A DNA stretch of 64,000 nucleotides from Arenicellales bacterium (GTDB taxonomy: Bacteria > Pseudomonadota > Gammaproteobacteria > Arenicellales > JAJDZL01). This document shows, one piece after another, positions 38,001 through 47,048 of this stretch (its first letter is position 1; each line of letters starts with the position of its first letter). The notes beneath the pieces are model-generated. The model saw nothing but the letters and a program-made list of their open reading frames with translations, was not told the DNA's origin and ran no database searches. Where the stretch lies: the NCBI GenBank assembly GCA_965243645.1, contig CBDEVD010000006.1, forward strand, positions 9,570 through 73,569, given 5' to 3'. The position numbers were made by a program, and so were the translations under genes.

Positions 38001-38561
38001 CGCCTGGCTGAGGAGTCTCAGGCACCCGGGATGACTGGATATGCTTCCAGTGTTGCAACCTATTATTACAAGCTATTGGCCTACAAGGATGAGTACGAGG
38101 TTGCACGACTTTTCAGCGATCACGCGTTCAAGGCGGAACTGGATGCACAGTTTGAAGGTGATTATCGACTCCAGTTTCACTTTGCTGCACCCTTGCTCGC
38201 CAAAAAGGATAATGTTACGGGGATGCCGCAAAAACGTACCTTTGGGTCTTGGGCGCTTAGGTGGATGGGGTTGTTGGCGCGCTTGAAGGTTTTACGCGGC
38301 ACCGCGCTCGATCCTTTTAACTACTCCAAAGACCGAAAATTGGAACGATCTTTGATTCATCAGTACGAATCAATCATCAAGGAAATGAATACAAACCTCT
38401 CAGGCGACAATCACCGATTGGCGGTAGAACTTGCGAGTTTCCCGGAATCCATTCGCGGGTATGGTCATGTTAAGCGGCAGCACGTCAATGAGACACAATT
38501 GAGAGTTGAGCAGCTGTTGACGGCAATTCGGCAATCCGAATCAACACCTCAAGCTGCGTAG
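35091..38561 (+). CDS. Indolepyruvate/2-oxoacid:ferredoxin oxidoreductase family protein, fused alpha-beta form
   Basis: 1156 aa. The N-terminus is LDDKYTQDTGRVFMTGIQALVRLP. It contains the Cys cluster CAGCPHN, the TPP region GIGCHYM...GDGTYLHSG, and CEGCGDCGLQSNC. Confidence 0.85.
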   Translation: MLANVALDDKYTQDTGRVFMTGIQALVRLPLLQSQRDRVAGLNTAAYITGYRGSPLGALDMQYWQAETYLKPHNIHFQPAINEDLAATALWGTQQAEIDGYGKFDGVFGIWYGKGPGVDRSGDAFRHANLAGTSRYGGVLAAMGDDHACESSTTAHQSEFALVDAMMPILNPAGVQDILNFGLSGWALSRYSGCWVGLKCVHDTVEATASVELSAATDTFVIPEDFLLPSGGLNIRWPDTPLQQEQRLHEQKLPAVHAFWRENSLDRLIYDPPTARVGIVTTGKSYSDVMRALTELGINRDMAYRLGIRLYKIAMSWPLEQTGLERFATNLQKIIVIEEKRGLIEDQIKTLLYGRSSAPVVVGKRNENGEILLTSTARLSAIEIATAIGEQTLMLIDSEQLAARVSRVKSLLEKDTELAPLQRMPYFCAGCPHNTSTKVPEGSVALAGIGCHYMAQWMDRSTQRFTQMGGEGASWIGESLFSKRTHVFQNIGDGTYLHSGLLAVRAAVAANTTMTFKLLYNDAVAMTGGQPFDGPLTVSQVAHQLLAEGVGKVSVVTDDVAGCRARNKLPDGVEIVDRHALDAVQRQLREHSGVTAIIYDQTCAAEKRRRRKRGEYPDPPKRAFINTAVCEGCGDCGLQSNCVAILPHETELGRKRRIDQSACNKDYTCIDGFCPSFVTVKGGAVRKSISVTRDSGFDPSVLPAPQVAQIEQEYCIVVTGVGGTGVITVSAILGMAAHLDRLGCSVLDMTGLAQKGGSVLSNLVIAQQPDEISSMHVAYGAADLIIGCDLVVSASEKVLLTASPERTKAVVNNYEMMSGDFTRISNLRFPRTELEGMIGRSTVDGHATFVNSNHYADQLFGDTIAANLFMVGIALQKGYLPMSVEAIERAIELNGRSVEMNRLALHRGRQFVEDSVALEREIGVKVEVAGRTEQQKLQTVDEIVNHRSDLLTSYQNEAYARRYQTFVDGARLAEESQAPGMTGYASSVATYYYKLLAYKDEYEVARLFSDHAFKAELDAQFEGDYRLQFHFAAPLLAKKDNVTGMPQKRTFGSWALRWMGLLARLKVLRGTALDPFNYSKDRKLERSLIHQYESIIKEMNTNLSGDNHRLAVELASFPESIRGYGHVKRQHVNETQLRVEQLLTAIRQSESTPQAA

Positions 38562-38573
38562 AATCAGGTTGCA

Positions 38574-39758
38574 GTGACACAGATGTCTACCGATAAATTT
38601 TTATGGTCAGACCCATTTTTGCTCAATGAGCAAATCGATGAGTCTGAAAGAATTGTGCAGCAAACCGTGCGTCGTTTTGCTGAAGACAGTCTCATGCCGC
38701 GTATTATTGAGGCCAATCGCAACGAAGTCTTTGACCCGGAAATTGCAACTGAGATGGGTGAGCTTGGCCTGTTGGGATCAACTATTGACGGCTATGGTTG
38801 TGCCGGGTTGAGTTATGTCAGCTACGGGCTGATCGCGCGAGAAATCGAACGAGTCGATAGCGGTTATCGATCTTTCATGAGTGTGCAATCATCATTGGTG
38901 ATGTATCCCATCTTCCGATTTGGTACGGATGCGCAGCGTGAGAAGTATTTGCCGCAGTTAGCAAGTGGTCAGTTGATCGGTTGTTTTGGACTGACGGAGC
39001 CGAACCATGGGTCGGATCCTGGCGGGATGACGACTCGCGCGCGTAAAGTGGATGCCGGCTATCGTCTGAATGGTGAGAAAACCTGGATATCTAATGCACC
39101 TTTGGCTGATCTGTTTCTGGTTTGGGCTAAGGACGATGACGACGTCATTCGGGGTTTTCTCCTGGAGCGCGGGATGGCTGGTCTCGCGTCGCCTAAGCTT
39201 GAAGGCAAGTTTTCCTTACGAGCTTCAGCAACCGGCAGCATCATCATGAACGATGTGTTCGTGCCTGATGACATGTTGTTGCCGCACGCGTCCGGATTGA
39301 AGGGACCGTTTGCGTGTTTGACGATGGCTCGCTATGGCATTAGCTGGGGTGCAATGGGTGCGGCTGAGTTTTGCTGGCATGCCGCGCTTGACTACGCGAT
39401 GAATCGCATTCAATTTGGACAACCCATCGCCGCAACACAACTGGTACAAAAGAAGCTTGCAGACATGCAAACTGAAATCGCACTGGGTTTGCAGGGCTCG
39501 CTGAGAGTCGGACGCATGATGGATTCCGGTCAAACGCCGCATGAATTGGTCAGCCTAATGAAACGCAACAATGCGGGTAAAGCCTTGGAAATTGCCCGCT
39601 TGGCGCGTGACATTCATGGTGGTAATGGTGTCAGTGACGAATTTCACGTGATTCGCCATTGCATGAATCTGGAAGCTGTCAACACTTATGAAGGCACACA
39701 CGATATACACGCACTGATTCTTGGTCGATCACAAACGGGAATTGCTGCGTTCAATTGA
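38574..39758 (+). CDS. gcdH: Glutaryl-CoA dehydrogenase
   Basis: 394 aa (GTG 38574; alternative ATG at 38583): [21 protein letters not shown]..., [17 protein letters not shown], ...[17 protein letters not shown]. Confidence 0.8.
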   Translation: MTQMSTDKFLWSDPFLLNEQIDESERIVQQTVRRFAEDSLMPRIIEANRNEVFDPEIATEMGELGLLGSTIDGYGCAGLSYVSYGLIAREIERVDSGYRSFMSVQSSLVMYPIFRFGTDAQREKYLPQLASGQLIGCFGLTEPNHGSDPGGMTTRARKVDAGYRLNGEKTWISNAPLADLFLVWAKDDDDVIRGFLLERGMAGLASPKLEGKFSLRASATGSIIMNDVFVPDDMLLPHASGLKGPFACLTMARYGISWGAMGAAEFCWHAALDYAMNRIQFGQPIAATQLVQKKLADMQTEIALGLQGSLRVGRMMDSGQTPHELVSLMKRNNAGKALEIARLARDIHGGNGVSDEFHVIRHCMNLEAVNTYEGTHDIHALILGRSQTGIAAFN

Positions 39759-39773
39759 AGAGAAGGTAGAAAA

Positions 39774-41234
39774 ATGATCAAAATACATTTGAACGATCAG
39801 TCGTTATTTCGTCAACAGTGTTACATCAATGGCCAATGGGTGGATTCTGAAAGCGGTGCAATTTTTGAAGTAACCAATCCGGCGAACGGTGCGGTAATTG
39901 GTACGGTGCCAAAGTTGGGGGCTGCTGAGACAAACAATGCAATTGACGCAGCGGAAGTTGCCTTTCAGAGTTGGCGCAAGAGCACTGCAAAACAGCGATC
40001 GCTGTGCCTGAAAAAACTGGCAGAATTAATGCTGGCGAACGCAGATGATCTCGCAAAATTGATGACCATGGAGCAGGGTAAACCGCTGGCGGAATCGCGC
40101 GCAGAAGTCGGCTATGCGGCTTCGTTTTTTGAGTGGTTTGCCGAAGAGGGCAAACGAATCTATGGTGATGTGATTCCTCACCAGCTGCCGGACCGGCGTA
40201 TCGTGGTCATCAAGGAACCGATTGGTGTGTGCGCAGCTGTGACGCCGTGGAATTTTCCGGCAGCAATGATTACTCGCAAGGCAGGACCGGCACTTGCAGC
40301 AGGGTGTACGATTGTCATCAAACCAGCCAGCAGTACACCGTATTCAGCGCTTGCACTTTGTGAATTGGCTGAGCGAGCCGGAATACCGGCCGGGGTAATC
40401 AATGTTGTAACCGGCTCATCTTCCGAAATCGGTGGGGCATTGACTGCCAGTGATAAGGTCCGGAAGCTTTCATTTACAGGCTCGACAGCCATCGGTAAGA
40501 TTTTGATGAAACAGTGTGCAGACACCGTCAAGAAAGTATCCCTTGAATTGGGCGGCAACGCACCGTTCATCGTATTTGATGATGCTGATATTGATGCCGC
40601 GGTTACTGGTGCAATTCAATCAAAGTATCGAAATGCCGGGCAGACTTGCGTATGCGCGAATCGAATTCTGGTACAGGACTCTGTATATGATGAGTTTGCC
40701 GAAAAATTTGCTGCTGCAGTCACCCAGATGAAAGTTGGTGATGGACTCGAAAATGGCACAGAAATTGGACCGTTGATTGATGTTGCTGCGGTAGAGAAGG
40801 TTGAAGCCCACATCGAAGACGCGGTTGCAAAGGGAGCCCAAGTCGCAGTCGGGGGTTCGCGACATACACTTGGTGGTACTTTCTTTGAACCAACGGTCAT
40901 TAAGCACGTCGAAGTCAACATGGATGTTGCCAATGAAGAGACCTTTGGTCCACTTGCACCACTGTTTCAATTCGGCAGTGAAGCAGAGGCAGTCGAGATG
41001 GCGAATGCCACTGAATTTGGATTGGCTGCGTACTTCTACAGTCGCGATATCGGCCGGGTTTGGCGCATGTCGGAGGCACTTGAATATGGAATCGTCGGGG
41101 TCAATACCGGAATTATCTCAACGGAAGTCGCACCATTTGGCGGCATGAAGGAATCCGGTGTCGGGCGTGAGGGCTCGAAGTACGGCATCGATGATTATGT
41201 CGAGATCAAGTACCTGTGTATGGCAGGTCTTTAA
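39774..41234 (+). CDS. NAD(P)-dependent succinate-/glutarate-semialdehyde dehydrogenase (GabD/DavD-like ALDH)
   Basis: 486 aa: ...VTPWNFPAAMITRK..., LELGGNAPFIVF, ...GQTCVCANR (catalytic Cys), EETFGP. Confidence 0.85.
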   Translation: MIKIHLNDQSLFRQQCYINGQWVDSESGAIFEVTNPANGAVIGTVPKLGAAETNNAIDAAEVAFQSWRKSTAKQRSLCLKKLAELMLANADDLAKLMTMEQGKPLAESRAEVGYAASFFEWFAEEGKRIYGDVIPHQLPDRRIVVIKEPIGVCAAVTPWNFPAAMITRKAGPALAAGCTIVIKPASSTPYSALALCELAERAGIPAGVINVVTGSSSEIGGALTASDKVRKLSFTGSTAIGKILMKQCADTVKKVSLELGGNAPFIVFDDADIDAAVTGAIQSKYRNAGQTCVCANRILVQDSVYDEFAEKFAAAVTQMKVGDGLENGTEIGPLIDVAAVEKVEAHIEDAVAKGAQVAVGGSRHTLGGTFFEPTVIKHVEVNMDVANEETFGPLAPLFQFGSEAEAVEMANATEFGLAAYFYSRDIGRVWRMSEALEYGIVGVNTGIISTEVAPFGGMKESGVGREGSKYGIDDYVEIKYLCMAGL

Positions 41235-41267
41235 AGTTTATGGCTCATTGAATCGGGTGGAGCAATC

Positions 41268-41873
41268 GTGATGGAGACATTGCCTGCCTTTGGTGAACAA
41301 CGTGATCCATTTCGGCTCTTCTCCGAGTGGTTTGATGCAGCTCGCGCGAACGAATTCATCGAACCTGCGGCAATGACTGTGTGTACGGTTGGATCAAATG
41401 GCAGGCCATCAGCGCGGCAAGTGCTGCTGAAGTCACATGGGCCGGAAGGTTTTGTGTTCTATACCAACTACAGCAGCCGCAAGGCGCAGGAACTGAGTGC
41501 CAATCCCTATGCAAGTGCGGTGTTATGGTGGGATCGACTACATCGTCAGGTCAGAATTGAAGGACGTGTTGAAATCGCAGCAGCCACAGTTTCTGATGAG
41601 TATTTCGCAACACGTCCAAGAGGCAGTCAAATTGGTGCCTGGGCATCTCCCCAAAGCCAGGTGTTGGACAGTTTTGCTGCGCTCAACGAAAAATTCAATG
41701 AAGTCGAAACAAATTTTGTCGGCAAACCGGTTACACGTCCGGATTATTGGGGTGGATACATCATCATTCCTGATTGTATTGAGTTTTGGCAAGGTCGCCG
41801 CGACCGGCTGCACGAGCGGTTAAGATTTTCCATTGATGGAACGGGTTGGCAAACCGCAATTCTGGCACCGTGA
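41268..41873 (+). CDS. pdxH: Pyridoxamine 5'-phosphate oxidase
   Basis: 201 aa: ...[30 protein letters not shown]..., [13 protein letters not shown]..., [17 protein letters not shown]. Confidence 0.85.
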   Translation: MMETLPAFGEQRDPFRLFSEWFDAARANEFIEPAAMTVCTVGSNGRPSARQVLLKSHGPEGFVFYTNYSSRKAQELSANPYASAVLWWDRLHRQVRIEGRVEIAAATVSDEYFATRPRGSQIGAWASPQSQVLDSFAALNEKFNEVETNFVGKPVTRPDYWGGYIIIPDCIEFWQGRRDRLHERLRFSIDGTGWQTAILAP

Positions 41874-41886
41874 GTCGCGCATCGAC

Positions 41887-41908
41887 TGCTTGATTTGCCA
41901 TTCAAGCA
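41887..41908 (+). terminator. Possible operon-end hairpin
   Basis: TGCTTGA (41887-41893) pairs with TCAAGCA (41902-41908) around an 8-nt loop, followed by a T-rich stretch (GTTGTTCGTTTATTC). The stem is weak and the U-tract imperfect. Confidence 0.25.
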
Positions 41909-42013
41909 AGCGTTGTTCGTTTATTCAATTCGGGCTGTGTGTCATCAGTTGCTGTGCGATTGACGCAGTCGGGCAGTCTGCTTGACATTCAGTCATCAGA
42001 GTAATTCCAAGCT

Positions 42014-44428
42014 ATGAAAACCCAAGCAAGAGTTGTCATTATTGGTGGTGGCATTGGTGGTGTATCAACACTGTATCACCTGACGCGTGAAGGTTGGACT
42101 GATGTCGTTCTGGTCGAACGCGATGAATTGACGTCCGGCTCTACCTGGCATGCTGCAGCTCAGGTGACTCAGTTTGGTTCAAACCAAACAATGGTTGCTT
42201 TGAAGCGTCATTCAATCGATTTGTATCGGGCATTGGCCGCGGACGCTGAATATCCCATTAACTATCACATCACCGGTGGCATGCGATTGGCCTACACACC
42301 GTCGCAAGTCGATACTTACCGCCACTATATCGGTATGGCAGCGGGTGTCGGTGTGGAGATGGAATTCATTGATGCCGCTGAAGTAGGGCGCAGACACCCC
42401 ATGATGCAGACAGCGGGACTGCTGGGAGCCTGGTGGGACCCGCTGGATGGTGACATTGACCCTGCACAATTGGTGTTTTCGCTGGCTCGGCAGGCACGCC
42501 GTGCTGGTGCAGAAATCTATCGGTTCAATCCGGTCGAAGCAATAACGCAGAAACGGGATGGTCAGTATGTTGTGCATACCCAGGATGGTGACATAATTTG
42601 CGAGATGGTAGTCAATGCTTCAGGCTATCGGGTCAACGAAGTCGGTGCAATGCTTGGTGTCTTCCATCCCGTGATATCAATGGAGCACATGTATTTTTTG
42701 ACCGAACCGATTGACGAGATTGCTGCGCTTGACTTTCGTGTCCCCATCATTCGAGATCCAGGCGACAATTTTTACAGTCGGCAGGAAAAAACGGGGTTAC
42801 TGGTTGGTGTTTATGAGTATGCATGCCGTCCTTTCGGATTGGAAGGCATTGATCCGGGGTTTTCTCGCTCTTTATGTCCCTCAGATCTTGATCGTTGCCT
42901 GGACAATATGGAACGTATTTTTGAGCGCTTGCCTTGTCTTACTAAGACCGGTATACATACGGTCGTCAATGGTCCGATCACATACAGCGCAGATGGTGCG
43001 CCGCTGGTTGGTGCCATTCCGGGCATGACCAACGCATTTGCCTGTCTCGGATTACGTGCGGGCATCGGTGAAGGCGGCGGGCTTGGTAAGGTGCTGGCTG
43101 AGATTATGGTCTACGGGGAAAGTGAATGGGATGCCTGGTATCTTGATCCGCGGCGATTAACGGGGTGGATCAATGTTGACAGAACTTGTCAGAAGGCCGT
43201 CGAGGAGTATCGGCAAGAATTCGATTACCACCTCCCGCATGAGTATCGCAGTGCGGCCCGCGAAGCTCGTACGACTCCACTGTATGAACAACTGGACCGC
43301 CAGCTTGCCCATTGGGGTGTCGTTAATGGCTGGGAGCGAGTTCTTTTTTTCAAACCAGCGGAAAATTTTGAGGATCAGCACTCCTATCGCTTTACACCAA
43401 CACATGAAGTAATCGCTAGGGAAGTGGCAGGTATTACTAAGAGTGTGGGCTTGATGGAGGTTTCAGGATTCAATCGCTATGAGATTAGCGGCCCTGGCGC
43501 GGGCCAATTTCTGGATCGTATGACCTGCAGTGCGATTCCGCAAAAAGATGGCCAGATTAAGTTGTGTTATTTTTTAACACAGAAAGGTCATTTGCTTACC
43601 GAAGCGACCATTGCTCGTTTGGCAGAAGATCACTACTGGTACGGATCGGCAGCCGCTGCAGAGTGGCATGACCGGGACTGGTTGTTAAAATGGATGCCCG
43701 AATCAGTTGATTTGAATGAGCAAACAACAACGTATACGTCTTTGGTGATTGCTGGTCCGCAGTCAAGAGCGCTGTTACAGTCGATTTGTGACCACGACAT
43801 TTGGTCAAATAAAGCTTTTGCACCGATGCAAGTTAAAAGAGTGGATATGCAACACTTGCCAGTACTGGCCATGAGAGTCAGCTACTCGGGTGAGTTGGCT
43901 TATGAACTACACGTTAAAAACGAGCACCTTGTGGCGCTCCATCAATTGATCATGACAGCAGGACGCACATTCAACCTGGTCCAGTTTGGCTTGTATGCGA
44001 GTGAGTCGATGCGACTTGAAAAGGGATATCTGCACTGGAAAGCCGATTTGATTGATGAATTCAATCCTTTCGAAGCGGGACTGGATCGGTTTGTACAGAT
44101 TAACTCAAAAGATTTCATTGGTCGAAGTGCGCTTGTAGAGCAAATGAGTTCCGAAACACGGTCTCGTCTTGTTGTGATGACTGTCGATTGTGATCATGCG
44201 TCGGCTCATAGCGGTAGTCCAGTCTTTTACGAAGGTTGTCAAGTGGGCTCGGTTACGTCAGGTGGATATGGTTTCAGGGTAGAGAGAAACATTGCGTATG
44301 CTTATGTCAACGTAGCAGTAGCGACGCGCGACAATGGTTTCGAAATAGGAATACTGGGTGAGTGTTATTCTGCCAAGGTGAGCGCATCATGTCTGTATGA
44401 ACCAAGTCATTCACGACTGAAAGCCTAA
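42014..44428 (+). CDS. Dimethylglycine/sarcosine dehydrogenase family protein (FAD oxidoreductase fused to a GcvT-like folate-binding aminomethyltransferase domain)
   Basis: 804 aa: VVIIGGGIGGVSTLYHL, GSTWHAAA (the covalent-FAD His context). The C-terminal ~380 aa are GcvT-like (...MRVSYSGELAYELH...). Confidence 0.8.
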   Translation: MKTQARVVIIGGGIGGVSTLYHLTREGWTDVVLVERDELTSGSTWHAAAQVTQFGSNQTMVALKRHSIDLYRALAADAEYPINYHITGGMRLAYTPSQVDTYRHYIGMAAGVGVEMEFIDAAEVGRRHPMMQTAGLLGAWWDPLDGDIDPAQLVFSLARQARRAGAEIYRFNPVEAITQKRDGQYVVHTQDGDIICEMVVNASGYRVNEVGAMLGVFHPVISMEHMYFLTEPIDEIAALDFRVPIIRDPGDNFYSRQEKTGLLVGVYEYACRPFGLEGIDPGFSRSLCPSDLDRCLDNMERIFERLPCLTKTGIHTVVNGPITYSADGAPLVGAIPGMTNAFACLGLRAGIGEGGGLGKVLAEIMVYGESEWDAWYLDPRRLTGWINVDRTCQKAVEEYRQEFDYHLPHEYRSAAREARTTPLYEQLDRQLAHWGVVNGWERVLFFKPAENFEDQHSYRFTPTHEVIAREVAGITKSVGLMEVSGFNRYEISGPGAGQFLDRMTCSAIPQKDGQIKLCYFLTQKGHLLTEATIARLAEDHYWYGSAAAAEWHDRDWLLKWMPESVDLNEQTTTYTSLVIAGPQSRALLQSICDHDIWSNKAFAPMQVKRVDMQHLPVLAMRVSYSGELAYELHVKNEHLVALHQLIMTAGRTFNLVQFGLYASESMRLEKGYLHWKADLIDEFNPFEAGLDRFVQINSKDFIGRSALVEQMSSETRSRLVVMTVDCDHASAHSGSPVFYEGCQVGSVTSGGYGFRVERNIAYAYVNVAVATRDNGFEIGILGECYSAKVSASCLYEPSHSRLKA

Positions 44429-44509
44429 CCCGGAAAACCCATGACTAGACAGCGTATCACATCAACGCTTTGATTTGGCTGATTTTTACACCGTAATGTC
44501 TTTTCCCCT

Positions 44510-44834
44510 TTTGATCGCGGATGATTCGCCTCAGATGCCGGCGGGACACTGCTGTCGGAAGTGGAACGCAAAGTCAACTTATTTGAACGAGTGATTTACT
44601 GATTACCGTAATCAAGATAAGATCTAACTCACGGTCGAACAGTTGCTGTACCAACGAATCTATGGTATTGCACTGGATTATGAGGATTTCAACGATTACG
44701 ACTGGCAGCGTTTTGACTGTTTGCTGGCGCTTATGTGTGGTATAGCCGATATCCGTGGTGGCGACCGCAAGCACCGCCGCGACTGTGATGTGCTCTTCCC
44801 CGAAAGGTTTAAGTGCCGGATGCACTCTGTATAA
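44510..44834 (+). pseudogene. IS1380-family transposase remnant (N-terminal ~100 codons, with in-frame stops and frame breaks)
   Basis: Manual translation gives FDRG*FASDAGGTLLSEVERKVNLFERVIY* and then QLLYQRIYGIALDYEDFNDYDWQRFDCLLALMCG. These resemble the IS1380 N-terminal consensus (FDGGxLTSDAGLLLLREVDRRLGL...QRVYGLALGYEDLNDHD). No catalytic part follows. Confidence 0.6.
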
Positions 44835-44843
44835 TCACGCATT

Positions 44844-46403
44844 ATGCGATCATTCAATACCGCCGGTCCCGTAATACCGGAAGATGACTATCACATTCCG
44901 CCACTTGAGCGCATCGATCGCCATGAAGTATTTGCATTAATTGAAAAGAAGAGATACTTCATTTTGCACGCTCCGCGCCAGACCGGCAAAACATCGGTGC
45001 TGCGCGCACTGATGGACGAGTTGAACGAAACGGGCCGCTATCGCGTCGCGTATGCCAACATCGAAGGGGCGCAAGCGGCACGGGAAGACACCTACGTTGC
45101 AATGCAGGCGATTCTGGGTGTTATATCCGCATCGGCACGAGACCACTTGCATGATCTTTTTGTACAAGAGTGCTTTGCCGGTATTCTTGACACTTACGGC
45201 CCGCACCATGCTTTGCGTGAAGTGTTGAGCCGCTGGTCGGCGTCGGATTCTCGGCCGCTGGTGGTGATGATCGATGAGATTGATGCGCTAATCGGCGACA
45301 CGCTGATTTCGGTGCTGCGCCAGTTGCGTTCTGGTTATACAGAGCGGCCAAAGCATTTTCCCCAATCCGTGATTCTGTGCGGTATCCGCGATGTGCGCGA
45401 CTACCGCATTCATTCGAGCGCCGACAAGACGGTGATCACTGGCGGCAGTGCGTTCAACATCAAGGCGGAGTCTCTGCGTCTGAGTGATTTCAGTGAAGCC
45501 GAGACGCGTGCGCTTTTGTTGCAGCATACGCAAGACACAGGCCAAAGTTGGAGCGAGGCGGCACTGGCTGAGGTGTGGCGTTCAACCTCTGGGCAGCCAT
45601 GGCTGGTTAATGCGCTGGCGAGCGAGGCCCTCAAGAAGGTCAGGAACCTTGCTGTGACCATCGAACACAACGATGTCATCGATGCCAGGGAGGAGTTGAT
45701 CTTAAGGCGTGACACACACTTGGATCAGTTGGCGGACAAGTTGCGCGAGGCGCGCGTCAAGCGGGTTATTGAACCGTTGGTTACCGGCGACAGACCATTG
45801 GAGAACTTTCTTCCGGATGATATGCAGTATGTTCGTGACCTGGGGCTGATTGCCAGGGACAAGCCAGTTCGCATTGCCAATGCGATCTACCGTGAGGTGA
45901 TACCGCGCGAGTTGATTACATCCAATGACGAGGCGCTGCCGTATCAGACTGCGTGGTTCGTGGAGGACGGACAGCTAATGATGGACCAATTGATGGAATC
46001 GTTTCAGACCTTTTTCCGCGAGCACTCGGAGCACTGGGTGAAGCGATTCGACTACCTTGAGGCAGGCCCTCAGCTGCTGTTGCAGGCGTTCTTGCAGCGC
46101 GTGATCAACGCCGGCGGTCGGATTGAACGTGAGTATGGGCTGGGCCGGATGCGCACGGATCTGCTGGTTGAATGGGGGGAGCACCGGCAAAGGGAGGTGA
46201 TTGAGTGCAAGCTGCGTCGCAACGGCATGCAGCGCACAATTGACGAAGGATTGAAGCAGATTGATGCGTATATGGAGCGCTGCGGGACTGACTGCGGGCA
46301 TCTGGTGATATTCGACCGTTCGGAGGAGCGGTCCTGGGATGAGAAGGTGTTCAGGTGCGAAGCGTCCGTAGGCACACGCCAGGTGACTGTCTGGGGTATG
46401 TGA
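44844..46403 (+). CDS. ATP-binding protein: N-terminal AAA/P-loop NTPase fused to a C-terminal PD-(D/E)XK-like nuclease domain
   Basis: 519 aa: FNTAGPVIPEDDYHIPPLERI...YFILHAPRQTGKTSVL (Walker A), VVMIDEIDAL (Walker B). The C-terminus is GRIEREYGLGRMRTDLLVEW...REVIECKL (a D...E-x-K pattern). The gene is visibly more GC-rich than its neighbours. Confidence 0.7.
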   Translation: MRSFNTAGPVIPEDDYHIPPLERIDRHEVFALIEKKRYFILHAPRQTGKTSVLRALMDELNETGRYRVAYANIEGAQAAREDTYVAMQAILGVISASARDHLHDLFVQECFAGILDTYGPHHALREVLSRWSASDSRPLVVMIDEIDALIGDTLISVLRQLRSGYTERPKHFPQSVILCGIRDVRDYRIHSSADKTVITGGSAFNIKAESLRLSDFSEAETRALLLQHTQDTGQSWSEAALAEVWRSTSGQPWLVNALASEALKKVRNLAVTIEHNDVIDAREELILRRDTHLDQLADKLREARVKRVIEPLVTGDRPLENFLPDDMQYVRDLGLIARDKPVRIANAIYREVIPRELITSNDEALPYQTAWFVEDGQLMMDQLMESFQTFFREHSEHWVKRFDYLEAGPQLLLQAFLQRVINAGGRIEREYGLGRMRTDLLVEWGEHRQREVIECKLRRNGMQRTIDEGLKQIDAYMERCGTDCGHLVIFDRSEERSWDEKVFRCEASVGTRQVTVWGM

Positions 46404-47048
46404 AACACGCTTGCATGGCGGGTGGTTCACAGCGAGTATGAGTGGCACAGGTGTTTCATTTCACACCTTTAACACGGATTACTCAATTGCTGTCTTACTG
46501 AATTTCCTTTCATCTGGAATTTGTGCGTTTGCCAAAGCGTCAATCCAAAGTAATCAGCGCTTTGCGATGCAACCGAATACGGTGAGAACGTAATTCTTGG
46601 GTATGGATGGAACCGTAGTATTAGTCCAAATGTCAGAGATTCGGAATAGGCCATTCAGGTAGTATGAGATGCGCTGTCGCATTGAGGCTTGGTTCAGCGT
46701 GTTTGATCGGAATTGACACAGCGTGCTAACAACTATTTCCAGCGTCAGTGAACACCAGTTTAATCGGGACGATGACTTGCAATCGCCTTGGTTTTCGATG
46801 CGATTACCGCCTACCACATCAATGACCACACACTATGGTGCGTAAAAATTCCGAGGTGCTTGCCAACAGTGTGTAGCGGTTGATTAGATCGAATGTCTGA
46901 ATGCCTTGAATACTTCTGTAGCCGTGCATAACAGCAGGGCATTCGAAACTCTGGCAAACCTCAGAGTAAAGAGAGCAAGCAAAATTGTCTATATAATCGC
47001 AGCAACTAGACTTAGCAATTGCAAAAATTTGATTTAAAGAGAAATTTA

